DNA of 64,000 bases from an uncultured Gemmatimonadales bacterium (GTDB lineage Bacteria; Gemmatimonadota; Gemmatimonadetes; Gemmatimonadales; GWC2-71-9): assembly GCA_963798915.1 (NCBI GenBank), contig CAWCVB010000001.1, positions 1-64,000 of the forward strand, read 5' to 3'. Positions 43,229 through 53,373 of this stretch are shown one piece after another. The notes beneath the pieces are model-generated. The model was not told the DNA's origin and ran no database searches. It was given only the letters and a program-made list of their open reading frames with translations. Every line of letters starts with the position of its first letter. The stretch's first letter is position 1. Both the position numbers and the translations under genes were made by a program.

Positions 43229-44185
43229 TCACCAGCTCCCGCTCACCTTGAACACCAGATCGATCCCTGCGTCGCCCGGCTTGAGATCTTCCGACATGCC
43301 AACCCGCCATTCGTTGCCGCCGTTCGAGTGAATCATCCAGCCGAAGTCGCCGGTCAATTCATGATTGTCGAGTGACTCGAGCGTTGTATCGTGATAGTAC
43401 GGGGTGTGATAGAAGAAGTAGCCGTAGATTGACTGCCCGCCCCACAGGTGGATTCGCACGCCTGTCGTTCCCATCCCGAAAACCACGTGCTGGTATGGGC
43501 TCAGCGCCCCATGCCGCGGAGTAAACCCGGCGCCAGCCGAGATCTCCCAGAACAGCGGTGCAGCCAGGTCGACCCTGAGTGCATGACTCGCACTGACGCT
43601 GGGGACGCCACGACCGAAGCCGCCGTCGCCTGTCGCAGTTGGCAGGGTCAGGCTCACTGCCGTCTGCTGCTCAAGATTGTGCCGCCAGCCCAGGGTGACC
43701 CGGGCGTCGCCCAGCGCAAGCGGGGTGCGCCTGGGGGCATAGTGGGTCCCATCCGGCAGCACCAGGTCGTAGCCGTAGGTGTTCTTCGGTCGCGCCGCCC
43801 GTTCCGGCTGGCTGAAACCGATTTGCCGGTGATACCAGACAAAGAACGCGTCCGCGAATCCGGCGTAGCTTCCCACCACTTCTCCCTGCGTCGACACCCA
43901 GAGGCGCGGGCTGAGGTCCCTGGTCCAGGCGACGGTGCCGCGCATCAGCTCCGCATCCAGGAGATAGCTGGCGCTGCCGCGCTGGTCCCGTTCGATGGCG
44001 TTGCCGTACTCGAAGGAGGCGGACCAGCGATTACGTGAAAGGTCGTACGGCAGGTAGGGCTGATAGGAGAGCCCGCTGCGCGAAGTGGCCGAGGGGTTGA
44101 GTGGCCGGCCGGACGGCGGGGATTGGGCGAGCGCCGGTGCTGCGCCCATGGCGAGCGTCAGGAACAGGATGGCAACGGATTTCAC
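43229..44185 (-). CDS. Exported outer-membrane protein (DUF3187-like)
   Basis: Signal peptide from GTG 44185; GFADAFFVWYH..F, LTLPTATG, SEDL, terminal W. Confidence 0.65.
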   Translation of the reverse strand: MKSVAILFLTLAMGAAPALAQSPPSGRPLNPSATSRSGLSYQPYLPYDLSRNRWSASFEYGNAIERDQRGSASYLLDAELMRGTVAWTRDLSPRLWVSTQGEVVGSYAGFADAFFVWYHRQIGFSQPERAARPKNTYGYDLVLPDGTHYAPRRTPLALGDARVTLGWRHNLEQQTAVSLTLPTATGDGGFGRGVPSVSASHALRVDLAAPLFWEISAGAGFTPRHGALSPYQHVVFGMGTTGVRIHLWGGQSIYGYFFYHTPYYHDTTLESLDNHELTGDFGWMIHSNGGNEWRVGMSEDLKPGDAGIDLVFKVSGSW

Positions 44186-44285
44186 GGGCAGAAAGAAGAT
44201 GGCTAGACGGCTGGACGGCAAGGCGGCTGGTGGAAGTCGCGGGTCGCGGGTGAGGAAGCTAGCCCAACGCGTCAGCGCGCAGCGC

Positions 44286-45062
44286 TTAGCGCAATTGCCC
44301 CACTACTACATGCCTTTTATGTGCGCGAAGGACTTCGAACCGGATGCTGTCCTCGGGTGCGTAGGAGCGCAGGATGCGGATCAGGTTGGATGGGCTGTCG
44401 GGACGGCGACCGTCCACGCTGATCACCACGTCGCCACCGCGCAACCCCAGCGACGACTCGGGTGGCGCACTGATGACCAGCACGCCGTCGCTGCTGCCGA
44501 AATACCGGCCGAGGTCCGGGTTGAGGGGCGCGAGCTCGAGATGCACCAGCGGACTGCCTGGATTGACAAACCGGTAGCCCATCACCCGCTGGGGCCACTC
44601 CTCTGGCATCGGCATCGGTTCACCGCTGCGCAGTTCCCGGAGGGCACGATCCATCGGCATCTCGTTGACCAGCATGGGCACCAGATGCACCGTGCGCCGG
44701 ACGTCCCCGCGCCGGTATTCAATCGAAACCGTGTCATCCGTCCCCAACCGGCTCTGCAGCAACCACAACTGGACAGCCGGCGAGGCCAGCGGCCGGCCGT
44801 CGACACGAGTCACGTAGTCGCCGGTGCGAAGTCCGGCGCGGTCGGCGGGGCTCCCCGGGGTGATCGAGGTAATGGGATACCCCTTCTGCTCATCCGACTC
44901 ACCGCCGGTATAGACATTGATGCCAATCACGGCGCGCTGGATCGGCGCCGGCGATACAGCGATGTAGCCGCCGCGCGGCGATTGGGATCCGCGCACGGGA
45001 GACTGGGCCGCCATCGGCGTGCCCACGATCATCGACAGGAGGAAGGCGGTGCGAACCTGCAT
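44286..45062 (-). CDS. Exported protein with two PDZ domains
   Basis: PGSPADRAGLRTGDYVTRVDG and GLRGGDVVISVDG. Confidence 0.85.
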   Translation of the reverse strand: MQVRTAFLLSMIVGTPMAAQSPVRGSQSPRGGYIAVSPAPIQRAVIGINVYTGGESDEQKGYPITSITPGSPADRAGLRTGDYVTRVDGRPLASPAVQLWLLQSRLGTDDTVSIEYRRGDVRRTVHLVPMLVNEMPMDRALRELRSGEPMPMPEEWPQRVMGYRFVNPGSPLVHLELAPLNPDLGRYFGSSDGVLVISAPPESSLGLRGGDVVISVDGRRPDSPSNLIRILRSYAPEDSIRFEVLRAHKRHVVVGQLR

Positions 45063-45065
45063 GAG

Positions 45066-45683
45066 CTAAAATCCTACCGTGCTGGCACGCGTGACGTGCA
45101 CATCCACCAGCGCATCCATCAACCCGACGCGCTGGCGCCAGAGATCGAGCTTGTTCTCGTTCTGCATGGCGGGCTCGGGCGCGAACTCGGCGGCCTGCAG
45201 CCGCTGGTCCACCTGGGCAATCCGGTCCTCGAGGACCTGCGCCACCCCGGCAGTCCGGCCATTGATCACCCGGGCATCCGGATTGTACGCATCCAGCACG
45301 CGCTCGAGTGTGGCGGATTGCGCCTGGGCTTCCTCGATAGCGGCCTGGGTCACGCCACCGTCATCGCTGCCGGCTGGCACGATCATCGGGCGAACCACCG
45401 CGAGCGCGGCAATGGAGGCAGCGAGCGCAAGCCCGACCGCGCCTGCCCGACGCAGCCGGCGGGCCCGCACGTCTGCCCGGCGCCGGGCATCGACGACGGC
45501 CCACATCTCATGTGCCGGCCGAAGCACCGGCAGCGCCCGGAGCCTGGCAACCCGCTGGTGCAGACGTTCCAGCTCGGCGCCGCAATGAGCGCAGGCCGCC
45601 ACATGCGCCCGCAGGTCCGCCTGCCCGGGCTCACTCGCACCGTCGCGAAGCAGCAGGAGCTGCTCCATGGTGAGGTGCGTCAT
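45066..45683 (-). CDS. Zinc-finger (zf-HC2) anti-sigma factor
   Basis: HVAACAHC (Hx3Cx2C), one TM; ATGA overlap with ECF gene. Confidence 0.85.
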   Translation of the reverse strand: MTHLTMEQLLLLRDGASEPGQADLRAHVAACAHCGAELERLHQRVARLRALPVLRPAHEMWAVVDARRRADVRARRLRRAGAVGLALAASIAALAVVRPMIVPAGSDDGGVTQAAIEEAQAQSATLERVLDAYNPDARVINGRTAGVAQVLEDRIAQVDQRLQAAEFAPEPAMQNENKLDLWRQRVGLMDALVDVHVTRASTVGF

Positions 45684-46231
45684 GAGGCCGGCACCTCCTC
45701 ACCGAGCCAGCGCCGAAGCCGCGCATGCGCACGCGCAAGCTGCGACTTGGAGAAGCTGGGCGTCCGGCCCATCATGCCGGCGATTTCCTCGTGGGTATAT
45801 CCCTCGACATCGTGCAGCCATACTACCGCACGCGACGTCTCGCCGAGGCTGTCCAGCGCGGCCTCGAGATCCATTCGGAGCACGGTTTCGTCGCGTCGAG
45901 CCGGGGCAGCGTACTCGTGCAGCTCATCGGTGTCGCGATACTTGTTGCGGCGGAGCTTCATCAAGGCCTTGCTGGATGCGATGGTGCGGACCCAGCCCCA
46001 GAGACTGCCATCACCGCGATAGCGGCCGATGCTGCGGCAGACCTCGAAGAACGTCTCCTGCACCACATCTTCGGCGTCCTCGGTGGTCCGGCAGATTCGC
46101 CGGGCCAGGTTGTAGACTGGAACCTCGAAGGCACGGAAGACTGTCTCGAGCGCAGCGGCATCGCCCGCCTGGGCATCTGCCAGGACGGCGTCGGCTGCTG
46201 AAAACGATGTCATCGTAAGGGCTCGGGCCAT
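45680..46231 (-). CDS. ECF sigma factor
   Basis: DAEDVVQETF, VWLHDVEGYTHEEIA, SKSQLARA. Confidence 0.9.
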   Translation of the reverse strand: MARALTMTSFSAADAVLADAQAGDAAALETVFRAFEVPVYNLARRICRTTEDAEDVVQETFFEVCRSIGRYRGDGSLWGWVRTIASSKALMKLRRNKYRDTDELHEYAAPARRDETVLRMDLEAALDSLGETSRAVVWLHDVEGYTHEEIAGMMGRTPSFSKSQLARAHARLRRWLGEEVPAS

Positions 46232-46270
46232 GGTGCAAATATAGATGCGGGACGGGGTGGGATGGTCGCG

Positions 46271-46465
46271 GGGCAGGATGGGCAGGATGGGCAGGATGGG
46301 CAGGCAAAGCTCACCCAGCCGTCACCCCAGCGAAAGCTGGGGTCCATGAGGACCCGAGGCATGCTGCTTCACCAGGGGTAAGCCTTCATGGATTCCAGCG
46401 TGCGCTGGAAGGAAGGACAAACCGAGCCCGCCCATCTACCCCGTCCCGCCCATCCTGCCCATCTT
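46271..46465. repeat. (GGGCAGGAT)n inverted-repeat element enclosing two REP-like hairpins
   Basis: Three full + one partial unit 46271-46304; CCCCAGC-GAAA-GCTGGGG 46325-46342; TTCCAGC-GTGC-GCTGGAA 46393-46410; GCCCATC arm 46430-46465. Confidence 0.88.
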
Positions 46466-46471
46466 GCCTCC

Positions 46472-47593
46472 ATGCCTACCCCCTCCGAGATCGCCATCTG
46501 GCACCACCATCTGGCCGACGAGGCCGACGCCGCGTTCCTCTACCGCCAGCTGGCCACCATCGAACAGAACCCGAAGCGATCGGAGCTGTTCCTCAAGCTG
46601 GCCGGAGTGGAAGACCGGCATGTGACCATCTGGCGTCAATTGCTGGCGGAAAATGGCCATGAGTCCCCCATTCCGGCACCATCAGCCGGCGCCCGGCTGC
46701 GCGCCTGGATGGCGCGCCGGCTGGGCGGCGGGTTCCTGCTGCCGCTCCTGCTCGCGGAGGAGGGGCGTGAGGTCAAGGGTTACCTCCAGCTGTATCAGGA
46801 GTCGCCCGAAGGGCCGTCGGGCCCCACCGCGCTGCTCCTGGCCAAGGAATCCAAGGAACATGCCGAGACATTGGCCGGAATGGCCGGCAGGAATGCGGAA
46901 CCCTGGCACCGGACCGGGGCGGGTGGCTTCCTCCGGAACGTTGTGTACGGGTTCAACGACGGCCTGACGGCGAATTTCGGCCTCGTGGCCGGCATGCTGG
47001 GCGCGCAGGCGTCACTCGGCTCGGCGGAACATGCCGTGCTGGTGGCAGGACTCGCCGGCATGGTAGCGGACGCGCTTTCGATGGGCAGTTCTGGCTACCT
47101 GGCCGCCAAGAGCGAGCGTGAGGTGTACGAACACGAGATCGCGATGGAGCGGGAGGAGATTCGCTTCATGCCTGACCTCGAACGCGAAGAGTTGAGTCTC
47201 ATCTACCAGGCCAAGGGAATTCCCGAGGAGCAGGCGAGCGCCCTGGCGACTCAGGTGATGGCTGACCCGGAGCGGGCGCTGGAAGAGAAGGTGCGCGAGG
47301 AGCTCCGGATCGGCGATGCCAATTCCACCCCGATGCGCGAGGCGTGGGTGACAGGAGTGGCGACCGCGCTTGGAGCCTTCATACCCGTGGCACCCTTTCT
47401 CTTCGGCACCGGCAAGGCGCCGATCGTTGCCGCATTCATCATCGCCATGCTCTCGCACTTCGGCGTGGGTGCGGCACGCAGCATGTTCACCGGACGCAGC
47501 GTGATCCGGAGCGGCATGGACATGTTCGTCGTGGGACTTGGTGTCGCGGTGGTGGGGTATTTCGTGGGAGAATGGATTGTTGGAGTGTTGTAG
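46472..47593 (+). CDS. VIT1/CCC1 transporter with ferritin-like N-terminal domain
   Basis: DEADAAFLY..EDRH, ESKEH; LRNVVYGFNDGL, SMGSSGYL. Confidence 0.88.
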   Translation: MPTPSEIAIWHHHLADEADAAFLYRQLATIEQNPKRSELFLKLAGVEDRHVTIWRQLLAENGHESPIPAPSAGARLRAWMARRLGGGFLLPLLLAEEGREVKGYLQLYQESPEGPSGPTALLLAKESKEHAETLAGMAGRNAEPWHRTGAGGFLRNVVYGFNDGLTANFGLVAGMLGAQASLGSAEHAVLVAGLAGMVADALSMGSSGYLAAKSEREVYEHEIAMEREEIRFMPDLEREELSLIYQAKGIPEEQASALATQVMADPERALEEKVREELRIGDANSTPMREAWVTGVATALGAFIPVAPFLFGTGKAPIVAAFIIAMLSHFGVGAARSMFTGRSVIRSGMDMFVVGLGVAVVGYFVGEWIVGVL

Positions 47594-47626
47594 ACGGCTA
47601 GGCGGCTGGCGAAGGTCGCCACACGT

Positions 47627-47802
47627 GTCATTGCGAGGGCGCGGAGCGCCCGAAGCAATCGGGTAGTCATGGGGAATGGACGCGTGACGGATAGTCGCAC
47701 GTCGGCGTCAAGGCGTCACCTGCGGCGACACCTCCTGCTCTTAGCCGCGTGAAGACGCCGGGATGCTCGCGCTGGCTCCCTGATTGCTTCGTCGGCAATG
47801 AC
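47627..47802. repeat. REP-like palindromic element GTCATTGCGAG..GAAGCAATC / GATTGCTTCG..GCAATGAC
   Basis: Complementary ends at 47627-47660 and 47782-47802. Confidence 0.7.
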
Positions 47803-47851
47803 GCACCCGCCTATCCTGCCCATCTCGCCCCCCTGCTATCTTCCCCCCGCC

Positions 47852-49441
47852 ATGACGACCGAACTCCAGCGCGAAGTCGCGCGCCGCCGCACCTTTGCCA
47901 TCATCAGCCATCCGGATGCGGGCAAGACGACACTCACCGAGAAGCTGCTGCTGTATGGCGGCGCCATTCACCTGGCCGGCGCGGTCAAGGCGCGCCGAGC
48001 CGCGCGACACGCCACCAGCGACTGGATGGCGATGGAGCAGGAGCGCGGCATCTCGGTCACCTCCAGTGTGATGCAGTTCGAGTACGCCGGCTTCCAGGTG
48101 AACCTGCTCGATACGCCCGGCCACGCCGACTTCAGCGAGGACACCTTCCGGACGCTGGTGGCCGCCGACAGCGCGGTGATGCTGCTCGACAACCGGCGTG
48201 GCGTCGAGGAGCGCACCCGGCAGCTGTTTGAGGTCTGCCGACTGCGCCGCACCCCGATCTTCACCTTTGTCAACAAGTGTGACCGGGTCGGTGCGCCGCC
48301 GCTCCAGCTCCTCTCCGATGTTGAGGCCGACCTTGGCATCACCTGCTATCCGGTAACGTGGCCCATCTTTGATGGCGGCCACTTTCTGGGCGTGTACGAG
48401 CGTGCCTCCGGCCTGGTGCGACTGTTCGAGAAGGGCACCGACCATGGCGCCGGCCGTGCGATCGAGAATGTCGCCCCATTGGAGGACCCGATGATCACCG
48501 CCCGGCTTGGCGACGGCGTCATGGCGACGCTCAGGGACGAGCTCGAGCTCCTCGACCTGGCCGGCGATCCCTTTGAGGTTGAGGCCATCAAGGCCGGGAC
48601 CATGACGCCGGTGTTCTTCGGCAGCGCGCTCACCAACTTCGGTGTGCGGCCCTTTCTCGACACCTTCCTGCCCCTTGCGCCGGAGCCGCTGCCCCGCGAA
48701 ACGAGCATTGGTGAAGTCGCACCTGACGACCCGGCCCTCAACGGCTTTGTGTTCAAGATCCAGGCAAACATGGATCCCAAGCACCGGGACCGGGTTGCGT
48801 TCGTGCGACTGGTATCGGGCCACTTCGAAGCGGGGATGCAGGCGCTGCACGTCCGGAGCGGAAAGACGATTCGGCTGGCCTCACCGCAGACATTCCTGGC
48901 CCGGGAGCGAACCGCTGTCGAGGACGCCTGGCCCGGCGATGTGATTGGCCTCCATGATCGCGGCACCTTCCGTGTGGGCGATACCATCACCACTGGCGCG
49001 CCGCTCGAGTTTGCCAACATCCCGCGCTTCTCGCCCGAGCACTTTTCGCGGGTGCGGTTATCGGACCCGCTGCGTCGGAAGCAGCTCGACACCGGCCTCC
49101 GCCAGCTGTCGGAAGAGGGGGCGGCGCAGGTGTTCTATGAAGAGAACATGGCCGGACCAAGCCCGATGGTGGGGGCCGTGGGGCAGCTGCAGTTCGACGT
49201 GCTGCTGCACCGGCTGGAAAACGAGTACGGCGTGCCCGCCAAGCTCGACCGCCTGCCCTTCAGCGTGGCGCGCTGGGTGGAAGGCCCTGCGGACGACATC
49301 CGCCGGGTGGGTGACGGCTACGGCAAGAAGCTGGTCTTTGACAGCCGGGGCGCGCCGCTGATCCTGTTTGAGAATGATTATGTGCTGCGGGGCACGGTGG
49401 AGCGGGAGGAGAAGATTACCTTTCACGCGGTGGCGCCGTGA
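47852..49441 (+). CDS. prfC: Peptide chain release factor 3
   Basis: RRRTFAIISHPDAGKTT, DTPGHADFSED, NKCD, FKIQANMDPKHRDR, VGAVGQLQFDV. Confidence 0.97.
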   Translation: MTTELQREVARRRTFAIISHPDAGKTTLTEKLLLYGGAIHLAGAVKARRAARHATSDWMAMEQERGISVTSSVMQFEYAGFQVNLLDTPGHADFSEDTFRTLVAADSAVMLLDNRRGVEERTRQLFEVCRLRRTPIFTFVNKCDRVGAPPLQLLSDVEADLGITCYPVTWPIFDGGHFLGVYERASGLVRLFEKGTDHGAGRAIENVAPLEDPMITARLGDGVMATLRDELELLDLAGDPFEVEAIKAGTMTPVFFGSALTNFGVRPFLDTFLPLAPEPLPRETSIGEVAPDDPALNGFVFKIQANMDPKHRDRVAFVRLVSGHFEAGMQALHVRSGKTIRLASPQTFLARERTAVEDAWPGDVIGLHDRGTFRVGDTITTGAPLEFANIPRFSPEHFSRVRLSDPLRRKQLDTGLRQLSEEGAAQVFYEENMAGPSPMVGAVGQLQFDVLLHRLENEYGVPAKLDRLPFSVARWVEGPADDIRRVGDGYGKKLVFDSRGAPLILFENDYVLRGTVEREEKITFHAVAP

Positions 49442-49495
49442 TCGTCCAACCGTAGGGGTAAAGCCATGGCTTTGCCCCTACGGTTGGACGATCAC
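49438..49495. terminator. 58-bp near-perfect palindrome (GTAG-type REP-like) between convergent prfC and leuS
   Basis: GTGATCGTCCAACCGTAGGGGTAAAGCCA|TGGCTTTGCCCCTACGGTTGGACGATCAC, one mismatch; contains both stop codons. Confidence 0.75.
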
Positions 49496-51894
49496 ACCAC
49501 GATATTGATCAGCCGATCCTGCACGTAGATCACCTTGCGCGGGGTCGCATCGCCCACGAAACGCTTCGTCGCCTCGTCGGCCAGGGCCGCCGCCAGCACC
49601 TCCGGTTCCCCGCTGCCGCGTACCACCGTGACCCGCGAGCGGGTCCTGCCGCTCACCTGCACCGCCACCTCGACGCTGTCTTCCACCGCAAGCGCGGCAT
49701 CGCCTTCGGGCCAGCGCTCATCGAAGATGCTGGTGCTGTGGCCAAGTCGCTCCCAGCACTCCTCGGCAAAGTGCGGCGCGAAGGGGGCGAGCATGACCAC
49801 CATGTCCTCCACGACACGCCGGTCGGAACAGTGCGCCTCGCGCAGGACATTCAGCAGTTCCATGCAGGCCGCGATGGCCGTGTTGTAGCGCAGGTGCTCC
49901 AGTCCATCATGCGCTCGCAGCAGGGTCTGCTGCCACTTGGCCTCGACGTGGCGCGGAAGAGGGCGGATGACATCGTCCGCCGCCGTCTGGCCAACCAAGG
50001 CCCAGACCTTGTCCAGGAAACGTCGCGGCCCGCTGATGCCTTCGTCCCGGAAATCCCCGCCCTCCTGGAATGGTCCCAGGAACATCAGGTAGGTCCGGAA
50101 GGTGTCGGCGCCCCACTTGGCGATGTACTCGTCCGGGATCACGACATTGCCGCGCGACTTTGACATCTTGGCGCCGTCCTTGACGATCAGGCCATGCGCA
50201 CGAAAGCGGGCAAACGGCTCCTCGAACTCCAAGTAGCCCAATTCGTGCAGCACCATGGCGATGAAGCGGGAATACAGCAGGTGGAGCACGGCATGCTCAT
50301 TCCCGCCGATGTACGTGGACACGGGGCACCAGCGACGGGTGCGCTCAGCATCGAAGGGGCGGTCGTCGAAGTCGGTGCTGGGATAGCGCAGGTGATACCA
50401 GGCGGAATCGAGAAACGTGTCCGACACATCGGTTTCCCGGCGCGCCTTGCCGCCGCACTCGGGACACTCCACGTAGTACCAGGCCTCGTCGCGGGCGAGC
50501 GGCGAGACGCCGCTGTCGTCGGGCCGGAAATCCTCCAGGTGCGGCAGTTCGACTGGCAAGTCTTCCTCCGGCACCGGCACGACGCCGCACGTGTCGCAAT
50601 AGATGATCGGAATAGGCGGTCCCCAGTACCGCTGGCGCGAAATGCACCAGTCATGGAGGCGGTACTGCACCACTCCCTTGCCTGCGCCAGCGGCCTCGAG
50701 CCACGCGATGATGCGATGCACCCCTTCTTCGGCGGGGAGCCCGGAGAACTCGCCACTGTCCTGCAGGATGCCGTGCTCGTTGATGACCGGCACGATGGGC
50801 AGCATGAACTTCTCGGCAAACTCCCGGTCCCGCTCGTCGTGCGCCGGGACGGCCATGATGGCTCCGGTGCCATATTCCATCAACACGTAATCCGCGATCC
50901 AGACCGGGACGGTCCGGCCGGTGGCGGGATTCCTGGCGAATGCCCCGGTGAAGACGCCGGTCTTCTCGCGCTCGCCAATCCGGCGCGAGACGAGATCCTT
51001 CGAGGCCGCGGCCGAGCGGTAAGCGTTCACCGCCTCGCGCTGGGCCGCCGTGGTGATGTCCGGCACCAGCGGATGCTCGGGGGCCAGGACCATGAATGTG
51101 GCGCCGAACAGCGTATCAGGCCTGGTCGTGAAGACCCGGATGCTCTTGCCGTGCTCGACAGGAAACTCGATCTCCGCCCCCTCGGAGCGGCCGAGCCAGT
51201 TGCGCTGCGCCGTCGTGGTGGAGTCGGACCAGTCCATCCGGGACGGGTCATCGAGGTTCGCCAGCAGTGTCCCGGCGTAGTCACTGATCCGGAAGAACCA
51301 TTGTTCCAGGATCCGCTGCTCCACCAGCGTGTCGCAGCGTTCGCAGCGGCCGCCAATGACCTGCTCATTGGCGAGGACCGTCTTGTCCTTTGGGCACCAG
51401 TTGACCGCGGCCGCCTTCTTGTAGGCCTTCCCCGCCTTGTACAGCTGCAGGAAGATCCACTGGGTCCACTTGTAGTAGCCGGGATCGGTGGTGGAGAGTT
51501 CATGCCGCCAGTCGAACATGCCGCCGATCCGCTTCAGCTGCCGGCGGAAGTTCGCAATGTTCCGCGGAATGAGCGTGCCCGGGTGGGTGCCGACCCGCAA
51601 CGCAAAATTTTCGCTGTGGATGCCGAAGGCGTCGAACCCGATGGGTTCAAAGACATCAAAGCCCTGGAGCCGCTTGAACCGCCCGAAGACGTCGGCACCG
51701 GTAAAGGCGAACATGTTCCCGACATGCAGCCCTTCCGCCGAGGGATAGGGAAACATCATCAGGTTGTAATAGGGGCGAGGGGCCCGATCGAGGTCCGGCT
51801 CGTTGGTGTGACGCTCCGCCCAGCGTCGCTGCCACTTGGCTTCGACCTGGTCGGGCTGGTAGGACTGGGGATCGGTCTCGGAGGGCTGGGTCAT
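49492..51894 (-). CDS. leuS: Leucine--tRNA ligase
   Basis: MFPYPS..LHVGN (HIGH), FTTRPDT, GTGAIMAVPAHD, DWCISRQRYWG, KMSKS. Confidence 0.96.
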   Translation of the reverse strand: MTQPSETDPQSYQPDQVEAKWQRRWAERHTNEPDLDRAPRPYYNLMMFPYPSAEGLHVGNMFAFTGADVFGRFKRLQGFDVFEPIGFDAFGIHSENFALRVGTHPGTLIPRNIANFRRQLKRIGGMFDWRHELSTTDPGYYKWTQWIFLQLYKAGKAYKKAAAVNWCPKDKTVLANEQVIGGRCERCDTLVEQRILEQWFFRISDYAGTLLANLDDPSRMDWSDSTTTAQRNWLGRSEGAEIEFPVEHGKSIRVFTTRPDTLFGATFMVLAPEHPLVPDITTAAQREAVNAYRSAAASKDLVSRRIGEREKTGVFTGAFARNPATGRTVPVWIADYVLMEYGTGAIMAVPAHDERDREFAEKFMLPIVPVINEHGILQDSGEFSGLPAEEGVHRIIAWLEAAGAGKGVVQYRLHDWCISRQRYWGPPIPIIYCDTCGVVPVPEEDLPVELPHLEDFRPDDSGVSPLARDEAWYYVECPECGGKARRETDVSDTFLDSAWYHLRYPSTDFDDRPFDAERTRRWCPVSTYIGGNEHAVLHLLYSRFIAMVLHELGYLEFEEPFARFRAHGLIVKDGAKMSKSRGNVVIPDEYIAKWGADTFRTYLMFLGPFQEGGDFRDEGISGPRRFLDKVWALVGQTAADDVIRPLPRHVEAKWQQTLLRAHDGLEHLRYNTAIAACMELLNVLREAHCSDRRVVEDMVVMLAPFAPHFAEECWERLGHSTSIFDERWPEGDAALAVEDSVEVAVQVSGRTRSRVTVVRGSGEPEVLAAALADEATKRFVGDATPRKVIYVQDRLINIVV

Positions 51895-52054
51895 CTGATG
51901 ACTGCGGTCCACGGAAAATGTCGTCCAGTGCCGGGTTGAGCGGGAAATGTACCGGAGCGCGTGAGCCCATGCCATGCACGGCTTGCCCTGCTCCGGTCCG
52001 GTCTCATAGCTTCCGGTCACACCCCTCCTTCCATCTGGCGGACTGCGGAGACGC

Positions 52055-53339
52055 ATGACCATCGCATCACGACGCTTCGGGCTCGGCCTGCACGCCGCCG
52101 GCGGCCTCATTGTGCTTCTGCTGACCATCGTGGTGGCCGCGATCCTGTGGCAGGCCACCGGCGCCACGGCCGTCGGCGACGTCCTTCCCTACCTCCTGGC
52201 CTTTGTGGCTGTCGCAGTCATCATGGAGATCGTCCTGACGAGCTGGGCGAACCAGGCCGTGGTCCGGCCGCTCCTCGCGGCGGAACGGATTGCCGCCCGG
52301 GTCGCGCAGGGCGACCTCACGGCGGGCGAACTCCTCGAGGCGGATCCGGTACTGTTGCGGTCGCCGCTGGGCAGAAGCGTGCAGGACATGGTGGGAGCGC
52401 TTCGCACGCTCACGAGCACCATTCATGGCACCTCGGCTGACGCTGCCGCGATGGCCGAGCAGATCGCCGCCTCCACCGAGCAGATGACCGCCTCGACCCA
52501 GGAGGTCGCCAGCACCACGGGCGACCTGACCGAACGCGCCAACCAGCAGGCGCTGATCGTCCGCGGGGCCGCCGATGATGCCGGGAGGATCCTGGGCATC
52601 TCGAAGGAGCTGGCCACGGGTGCGGTGGAAGCGGCCCAGCGCAATGGCGCGCTGGCGCGCGCGGCGCGCGCGCATCGCCAGCGCCTGGAGGCAAGCACCG
52701 CCGAACTCGAGCGACTGGCCCAGGATGCCGAGCACGGGGCCGCTGAGGCGGAGGCGCTGGCGGCGGCATCGGCCGAGATCGAGAAATTCGTCACCCAGAC
52801 CAAGGCCATCGCCAAGCAGACCCACATGCTCGCGCTCAATGCCTCGATCGAGGCGGCTCGCGCCGGGCGAGGAAGGCAAGGGATTCAGCGTCGTTGCCGA
52901 GGAGGTGCGGAAGCTGGCGGCGCAGGCGGCGCAGGCGGCGACATCGACCAGCGAGACGGTGCAGACCGTGCTGGAACGCGTCGCAACGGCGCGGGAGCGC
53001 CTGCTGCGGCTGGGCGAGGGCGGCATGGCTGCCCGCGAAGCAGCGCATGCGGCCGCCGAAGGCTTGCTCACCGTGGCGAACGATGCCGAAGAAAACGACC
53101 AGTGGACCCAGCGGATCTCCAGCTCGGCGGAAACGGTGCGAGGCCTGGTGGAAGGGATCGCCGGGCGGATGCGGGAGGTTTCAGCCGGCACCGAGGACTA
53201 CGCCGCCGCCGCGGAAGAGATTGCGGCAGCGGCCCAGCAGTTGAATGCTTCTACGGAGGAGATTTCGTCGTCCGCCGGCCATCTGGCGGAAGCGGCCGAG
53301 AAGCTCACTGGAGCCGTGGGGGGCTTCCGGCTGACCTGA
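52055..53339 (+). CDS. Methyl-accepting chemotaxis protein with one +1 frameshift
   Basis: Two TM + HAMP; IAKQTHMLALNASIEAARAG then, in the next frame, EEGKGFSVVAEEVRKLA; shift at GGG near 52865. Confidence 0.88.
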
Positions 53340-53373
53340 TCATCGGCGCCGGATCCGGCGCGGGGAGTCCACC

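Noticed and set aside
44085..46022. 645-aa plus-strand ORF
   Set aside because: Antisense to the well-supported PDZ/anti-sigma/ECF genes
39678..46465. GGGCAGGAT arrays as CRISPR
   Set aside because: 9-nt head-to-tail units with no spacers and no cas genes
50194..51939. 581-aa plus-strand ORF
   Set aside because: Antisense shadow of leuS
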